A stretch of DNA of 64,000 bases. It comes from Microcoleus sp. Lineage in GTDB: Bacteria > Cyanobacteriota > Cyanobacteriia > Cyanobacteriales > Microcoleaceae. The notes beneath the pieces are model-generated. The model saw only the letters and a program-made list of their open reading frames with translations, was not told the origin of the DNA and made no database searches. Within the stretch, counting starts at the first letter, position 1, and each line of letters begins with the position of its first letter. The stretch is taken from contig CP181291.1 in the NCBI GenBank assembly GCA_052279835.1, forward strand, positions 3,488,001 to 3,552,000. Direction: 5' to 3'. Shown in pieces: positions 58,945 to 64,000 of the stretch. Both the position numbers and the translations under genes were made by a program.

Positions 58945-60138
58945 TCAATTCAAAATCCGGGAAAGGCGATCGCAAGTTCGCTGATTTTCCTGGGGGCTAC
59001 CTACGGTAATTCGCAAACCTCCACCAGTATGGCGAATTAATGTTCCTTCAGCTTTTAGTTGCTCCATGATTTGTTTGTGTTGTTGTTCTGCTAGATTACG
59101 ATTGTCGGCTTTCACCCGCAGGTAGACAAAGTTAGCTGCACTAGGCCAAATTTGCAATTGTTGATGCTGAGTGAGCGCTGCAATTAACTTAGCTCGTTCT
59201 GATATGGTTTCAGGGATTACTGCTAACAATAATTGGCGCTGGGCTAGGGCAAATTCTGCTGCTAATTGGGAGAAAGCTGGGAGGTTGTAGGGAAGGCGGA
59301 TTTTTTCTAAGGCGGCGGTGAGTTCGGGATTGGCGATCGCATATCCGACTCTCATTGATGCCAATCGAAATGCTTTGGAAAATGTTCGCAAAATTATCCA
59401 ATTCGGATGTTCTTGTAATTTTCCAGCTAAGGTGTTTTGGCTGAATTCAAAATAGGCTTCGTCAATTACTACTAAAATATCTTCGGGCAAACTCGACAGC
59501 CATTCTATTTCATTGGTTGTCAAAGCATTGGCGGTGGGGGAATTGGGATGAACGACAAAGACGACGCGCACGGGGGGATTTTCGGTTTGGGAGATCGCCT
59601 TTTTAGCCTCCTCGATATCCATTTCAAAAGTCTCTGGTTGGCGCGGAACACTGACAACGGGAATTCCCAGGGTTTGGGCGATAATTCCATACATCGAAAA
59701 GGTGGGATTGGCAACCAAAATTGAGCCCAAATCTCCCAAGCACGTCGCAATTAAGAGCGATCGAATTAATTCATCGGAACCGTTGCCGACAGAAATATTA
59801 TCGGCTGTAAAGGCAGTTTTTGGAGGTAGAACCCCCCCTAGCCCCCCCTTGCTAAGGGGGGGGACATGAATAGATTCAGCGATCGATTCGTTGACGTATT
59901 GGGCGATCGCCTCTTTCAGTGGTGCGTGGCCACCATCGGGATACCGATTTGTCTCAATTAGCTGCTGATAATTCCAAGCTAACTTTTGTTTTAATTCCGC
60001 TGGTAAGTCGTAGGGACATTCGTTGGTATCTAGGCGATCGATCGCACTTTTCGATGGCACTGATTCTCCCGAAGCGGAACCGGGATGGGGAGTGTATGCC
60101 GTAAGTTGGGCTAAGTCTTTTCGGATAAAAGGAAGCAT
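58945..60138 (-). CDS. hisC: histidinol-phosphate aminotransferase
   Basis: NECP, NRYPD, GNGSDE, DEAY, RTFSKA..LA..R.GY. Confidence 0.93.
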   Translation of the reverse strand: MLPFIRKDLAQLTAYTPHPGSASGESVPSKSAIDRLDTNECPYDLPAELKQKLAWNYQQLIETNRYPDGGHAPLKEAIAQYVNESIAESIHVPPLSKGGLGGVLPPKTAFTADNISVGNGSDELIRSLLIATCLGDLGSILVANPTFSMYGIIAQTLGIPVVSVPRQPETFEMDIEEAKKAISQTENPPVRVVFVVHPNSPTANALTTNEIEWLSSLPEDILVVIDEAYFEFSQNTLAGKLQEHPNWIILRTFSKAFRLASMRVGYAIANPELTAALEKIRLPYNLPAFSQLAAEFALAQRQLLLAVIPETISERAKLIAALTQHQQLQIWPSAANFVYLRVKADNRNLAEQQHKQIMEQLKAEGTLIRHTGGGLRITVGSPQENQRTCDRLSRILN

Positions 60139-60149
60139 GGTATGATTTG

Positions 60150-60215
60150 CTAATGACTAATGACTAATGACTAATGACTACTGACTAATGACTACTGACT
60201 AATGACTACTGACTA
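60150..60215. repeat. STRR heptamer array (TAATGAC/TACTGAC)
   Basis: Tandem 7-mers. Confidence 0.9.
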
Positions 60216-60217
60216 TT

Positions 60218-60925
60218 TTAATCGCGCCACAAAGCAATTCCGCCTAACAAACCAGTCACATTTGGCACTATTTTTACCTGAAATGGCAATTCAAAAATAA
60301 TTTTTTTAGTATTACCACCGCCGAGGTATAAATAATCCAAACTAAACAGATTTTGCATGGACACAATCGCCTTTTCCAGACGGCGATTCCATCTTTTCGT
60401 GCCGACTGTATCTAAAGCAAAACGTCCTAATTGCTGTTCGTAAGTTTCCCCTTTCCGAAATGGGTGATGTCCGAGTTCCAAATTAGGGACTAAAATACCA
60501 TCAACAAATAAAGAAGAACCGAAACCTGTCCCCAGAGTCACTACTAACTCTACTCCGCTACCAGCAGTTGCTCCCAATCCTTGAATGTCGGCATCATTAG
60601 CCACTCGTACTGGTTTCCCTAACCGATCTTTGAGAGTAGTTGCTAGGTCAAAATCGATCCAAGAGGGGTCTAAATTGACGGCGGTTTTAGTGATGCCGCG
60701 ACGCACGACTCCGGGAAAACCAACGGATACTCTGTCAAATTCCCCTTGTCCCCCAGCTAAGGAGGCTATGGCTTCTAGTATTGGTTCCGGTTTTGGTGGT
60801 TGAGGGGTTTCTAAGCGACTGCGTTCCGTTTGGGGTTGGCCTTCCTCGTCCAAAACCATCACTTTGATACCGCTGCCGCCAATGTCAACGGCTAAGGTGC
60901 GAGTCGATCGATCTTCTTGAGTCAT
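60218..60925 (-). CDS. ROK family kinase, polyphosphate glucokinase-like
   Basis: VDIGGSGIK, GFPG, NDAD, TLGTG.GS, ELGH. Confidence 0.85.
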   Translation of the reverse strand: MTQEDRSTRTLAVDIGGSGIKVMVLDEEGQPQTERSRLETPQPPKPEPILEAIASLAGGQGEFDRVSVGFPGVVRRGITKTAVNLDPSWIDFDLATTLKDRLGKPVRVANDADIQGLGATAGSGVELVVTLGTGFGSSLFVDGILVPNLELGHHPFRKGETYEQQLGRFALDTVGTKRWNRRLEKAIVSMQNLFSLDYLYLGGGNTKKIIFELPFQVKIVPNVTGLLGGIALWRD

Positions 60926-60957
60926 TGGAGTGTTGAGATTTGCAAATTAATCAAATT

Positions 60958-61647
60958 TTAGTTGAATTGGCAAAAATTTTGAATCGCTTCCCACATTTCT
61001 GCTAGAAAATTTCCCAAGGAATGGTCGTCTTCTAGTTCGATTAATTGCACCCAGGGACGGTTAGCGGCAAAATTTCTGCTAGCCTGAATCGGTATGATTG
61101 TATCATGCAGACCGTGGATAATTAACGTAGGCACTGACCGTATTAATTTTTCTTCACGGTATTGGGCCATATCTTCCACAAATTGATAATTCAGTGGCAG
61201 ATAACGCTGTTCGCCGTAGTGGTATACGGGTAAATATTTCTCTGACTGCCATTTTTGTAACTGTTCCTGTCCCAATCGGGGCAGCCAGTGGGAGAGAAAG
61301 TCAAAAGCCGGTGCTAACAAAACTATTTGTTTTACCGATAGTTGTCGTTGGGCCAACCAAGCTGCTGTCAGCCCGCCAAAGCTAGAACCAATGATGGTGA
61401 CTTCACTAGCATTTTTGATGTTTTCTGCCACTGGCTGAAGTGTTTGGGGCGACAAAAATGCTGTTTCTATTTGGTGTAATTGCCTGGTGAGGGTGAGATT
61501 GGAAAAATCTTGGTGATTGAGATCGGGAGTTTTCAGGTCAATTCCTAGGGAAGAAAAGCGATCGCGGAAATATTTTGCCTTTAGGGAATCGGGACTGGAA
61601 GCAAATCCGTGTAAATAAATGTAACTCGAATTATTGGGAAGATTCAT
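60958..61647 (-). CDS. YqiA/YcfP family esterase
   Basis: YLHGFASSP.S.KA, GSSFGG, HG..D, DDH.L. Confidence 0.9.
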   Translation of the reverse strand: MNLPNNSSYIYLHGFASSPDSLKAKYFRDRFSSLGIDLKTPDLNHQDFSNLTLTRQLHQIETAFLSPQTLQPVAENIKNASEVTIIGSSFGGLTAAWLAQRQLSVKQIVLLAPAFDFLSHWLPRLGQEQLQKWQSEKYLPVYHYGEQRYLPLNYQFVEDMAQYREEKLIRSVPTLIIHGLHDTIIPIQASRNFAANRPWVQLIELEDDHSLGNFLAEMWEAIQNFCQFN

Positions 61648-61694
61648 TCAGCAGTTTTTGTTAAATTGAACAATAAATATAAATTATAACACCG

Positions 61695-61726
61695 AAAACC
61701 AAGACTTCTTTAAGAAGTCTTGGTTC
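61695..61726. terminator. hairpin downstream of the sigma cassette
   Basis: AACCAAGACTTCTT-t-AAGAAGTCTTGGTT. Confidence 0.6.
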
Positions 61727-61753
61727 TCAGAAACCTAGATTTAAATGGGAGTA

Positions 61754-62239
61754 TTACTGGGGTTTACCGCCGTTTTGCATCCTGTTTTTAGCTGTTTCGC
61801 GGCGCTGATTCATCAGTTCAGCTAATTGGGTGCGCTGTGCTGGGGTGAGGATCTCTCGCATTGCTAGCGTACTTTCTAGTCTCACATCATCCAACTGCTT
61901 TTTTAATCCGCTTATTTGGTTGTTTTTCTCGCGGATCTGGCTGGCTGTAGCAGTGCCACTCATCATCGTTTGCAATTCTTGTCTGGCTTGACGCACAGCT
62001 TGCATACGCTGGGAAATTTGGTCTTTATAGCGATCGCGAACAGCCTGCATTTTCTGTTTTTGGTCGGCACTTAAATTAAGCTTCTCGAACATCCCACCTT
62101 CCTTAGCACCAGTTCGATTTGGTCGCTGATTTTGGGCAATAGTTTCTGCGGGTAGGGGATTGGGAACTGCGATGGCGGCGGTAGCGCTACCGAGGGTCAG
62201 CATTAACAGGGCTAGGGTAGAAATGCGACGCATTGACAT
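61754..62239 (-). CDS. Spy/CpxP family periplasmic chaperone
   Basis: Signal peptide; LNLSADQ and LTPAQR motifs. Confidence 0.9.
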   Translation of the reverse strand: MSMRRISTLALLMLTLGSATAAIAVPNPLPAETIAQNQRPNRTGAKEGGMFEKLNLSADQKQKMQAVRDRYKDQISQRMQAVRQARQELQTMMSGTATASQIREKNNQISGLKKQLDDVRLESTLAMREILTPAQRTQLAELMNQRRETAKNRMQNGGKPQ

Positions 62240-62258
62240 GAAAATTACCTCTTTAAGA

Positions 62259-62696
62259 TTAGTTATTGGTGGGCTGTTCGCTGTCAGCAGGAATCTGAAA
62301 ATTCAACCAGTCTATTTGTGAGCTATCGCTCATATTATCCGTGCGATAATCATGCAATACCTCTTCCCAATTATTTACTAGAAATGCTTCTAGGTGTGCA
62401 CCTTCATCTGGGTTAAATTGTGCGGGGAATAGCAGACGATAGCCAGACCCAAAAAGTATCAGCATCCCGGCAATTGCCGCCGGGAAACGCCAATGGGAGA
62501 AACTGGGAACAATTGACCTATTTTTAGATACAATTGAACTGACGTTTTTCCGGTAGATTGGCTTTTTTTCTATCTGCTCATTCCTTTCTATTGTTGCTAA
62601 CAGCTTTAACTCTAAATCGGGCGCAGCTTCGGGACAATTTGGGCGATTTTGCTTCAAAAAATTAACTAATTTTTGGTCGCTGCTTGGGTTGTTCAT
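62259..62696 (-). CDS. putative anti-sigma factor
   Basis: Coupled to sigma gene; LVNFLKQ.RP..P, one TM, LEAFL..W. Confidence 0.75.
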   Translation of the reverse strand: MNNPSSDQKLVNFLKQNRPNCPEAAPDLELKLLATIERNEQIEKKPIYRKNVSSIVSKNRSIVPSFSHWRFPAAIAGMLILFGSGYRLLFPAQFNPDEGAHLEAFLVNNWEEVLHDYRTDNMSDSSQIDWLNFQIPADSEQPTNN

Positions 62697-63301
62697 AGCT
62701 CGCTGACACCTTCTTTTTGCAAAAATTGCCGCACAGCATTTCGGGCATAAAACACGCGAGATTTGACAGTTCCTGCCGGTAGTCCCAAAATTTGGGCTAC
62801 TTCTTTTTGGGGGATGTCTTCTAAGTCATGTAGCACCAAAACGCTGCGGTGTTCAAAGCTCAATTGCTGTAATCCCCGCTGCACTAAATCTTGATAGTGC
62901 AACTGCATCAATTCTGAAGTATGTTCTTTGACAACAACTAAATTGATTTCTGCTTGATTTTTGAGTTCGGCATCAAAAGAATGTTGTTTAGCAAATGCTT
63001 GTCTTTGGTCAGAAGCTACATTCCAAGTGATTCGATAAAGCCAAGTAGAAAAGTTGTCTTGGTGTTTGAGTTTGGGTAATCCTTTCCAGACTCGCAGGAA
63101 TACTTCTTGCGTTAAGTCGTCAAGCAGGGATGGCCCGCAGAGTTGGTAAAGGGTTGACCTGACTTTGTGTTGGTAGCGTTGGTAAAGGTGGCGAAAGGAA
63201 GTACGATCGCCCTTTAAGCATTCAGCAACTAAGTCTGAGTCGGAACAGTTATCGATTAAAACATTGGCTGACACACCTAACACCTGTGAAGTATCCCTCA
63301 C
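62693..63301 (-). CDS. ECF sigma-70 factor
   Basis: DLTQEVF, FSTWLYRI, EVA.ILG...GTVKSR. Confidence 0.93.
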   Translation of the reverse strand: MRDTSQVLGVSANVLIDNCSDSDLVAECLKGDRTSFRHLYQRYQHKVRSTLYQLCGPSLLDDLTQEVFLRVWKGLPKLKHQDNFSTWLYRITWNVASDQRQAFAKQHSFDAELKNQAEINLVVVKEHTSELMQLHYQDLVQRGLQQLSFEHRSVLVLHDLEDIPQKEVAQILGLPAGTVKSRVFYARNAVRQFLQKEGVSEL

Positions 63302-63384
63302 CAGTTCGTTATCTGAGGCGTTTAGACAGGAGGTTTCCGAAAAAGGTTCAAAGGATTTAAAATTCTTTTTTTTAACTGATATAA

Positions 63385-63505
63385 CTGGTTCCCTGGCTCT
63401 GCCAACGAGTAATTTGCGGGCAGTAACTGGTTCCCTGGCTCTGCCGGGGAACCGATATCTAGAGGCTCTGCCTCGTTGGGGAAAGAGGAGGCAGAGCCAG
63501 GTAAC
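63385..63505. repeat. GGCTCTGCC palindromic element with partial duplication
   Basis: ACTGGTTCCCTGGCTCTGCC twice; AACGAGTAATTTGCGGGCAGT twice. Confidence 0.75.
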
Positions 63506-63536
63506 GAGTAATTTGCGGGCAGTCCCGATTTAAGAT

Positions 63537-64000
63537 TTACCGCAGAGTCACGAACTCTTCAGCCGTCGATGGATGGATGCCAATAGTGGCATCGAAGTCT
63601 TTCTTGGTAGCTCCCATATTAACGGCGATCGCCATGCCTTGAATAATCTCGCCAGCATCTTTCCCCACCATGTGCACGCCCAAAACTCGATCGGTATTAG
63701 TTTCAACAACTAACTTGACAAAAGTCTTCTCATCTGCACCAGTCAAAGCGTGAAACATCGGTCGAAACTTGGCTGTATAACACTTGATTGATTCGGGAAA
63801 CTTGACTCTAGCTTCCTCTTCTGTTAAGCCCACTGTCGCCGCTTCCGGCTGGGAAAATACGGCTGATGCGACATTTTCGTGACTGATGGATCTGGGGTTA
63901 TTCCCAAATTCAGTATCGGCAAAAGCACGGCCTTCGGCGATCGCAATTGGCGTTAAATTAATCCGGTTGGTGCAATCTCCAACGGCAAAAATGTGCGACT
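63537..64000 (-). CDS. gor: glutathione reductase, C-terminal part (5' end outside window)
   Basis: AVGD, LTP.AI.EG, VFSQP, GIHPSTAEEFV. Confidence 0.93.
   Translation of the reverse strand, partial: SHIFAVGDCTNRINLTPIAIAEGRAFADTEFGNNPRSISHENVASAVFSQPEAATVGLTEEEARVKFPESIKCYTAKFRPMFHALTGADEKTFVKLVVETNTDRVLGVHMVGKDAGEIIQGMAIAVNMGATKKDFDATIGIHPSTAEEFVTLR

Overview
A 64-kb chromosomal segment from a filamentous cyanobacterium. Frequent HIP1 GCGATCGC sites, heptamer tandem repeats, chlH and hpsL point to an Oscillatoriales/Microcoleus-like host (inference). Core genes include chlH, feoAABC, coaD, bolA-grx4, htpX, ftsH, a J-domain chaperone, glgC, a GH13 amylase, hisC, a ROK kinase, an ECF sigma cassette and gor. 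Accessory islets lie between them at about 2.3-7.9, 25.3-26.6, 33.3-34.6, 36.2-41.9 and 50.2-52 kb. Main observations: (1) a sensor-less HTH-NB-ARC (STAND) gene divergent from three unannotated small genes, separated by phased 10-bp repeats, which is the best candidate for an undescribed system; (2) an orphan ParA translationally coupled to a coiled-coil/HeH-like partner; (3) a roughly 175-nt rod-shaped RNA with 6S-like geometry; (4) several decayed toxin remnants (BrnT, MazF, VapC, DUF6932-like) beside intact antitoxins or TA pairs; (5) several MITE families, some with clear target-site duplications; (6) single-T frameshifts in feoA and glgC that may be sequencing errors; (7) small ORFs of 46 and 68 aa. 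No rRNA, tRNA, CRISPR array or intact transposase was recognised. All family calls come from motif recognition by eye, not database searches.
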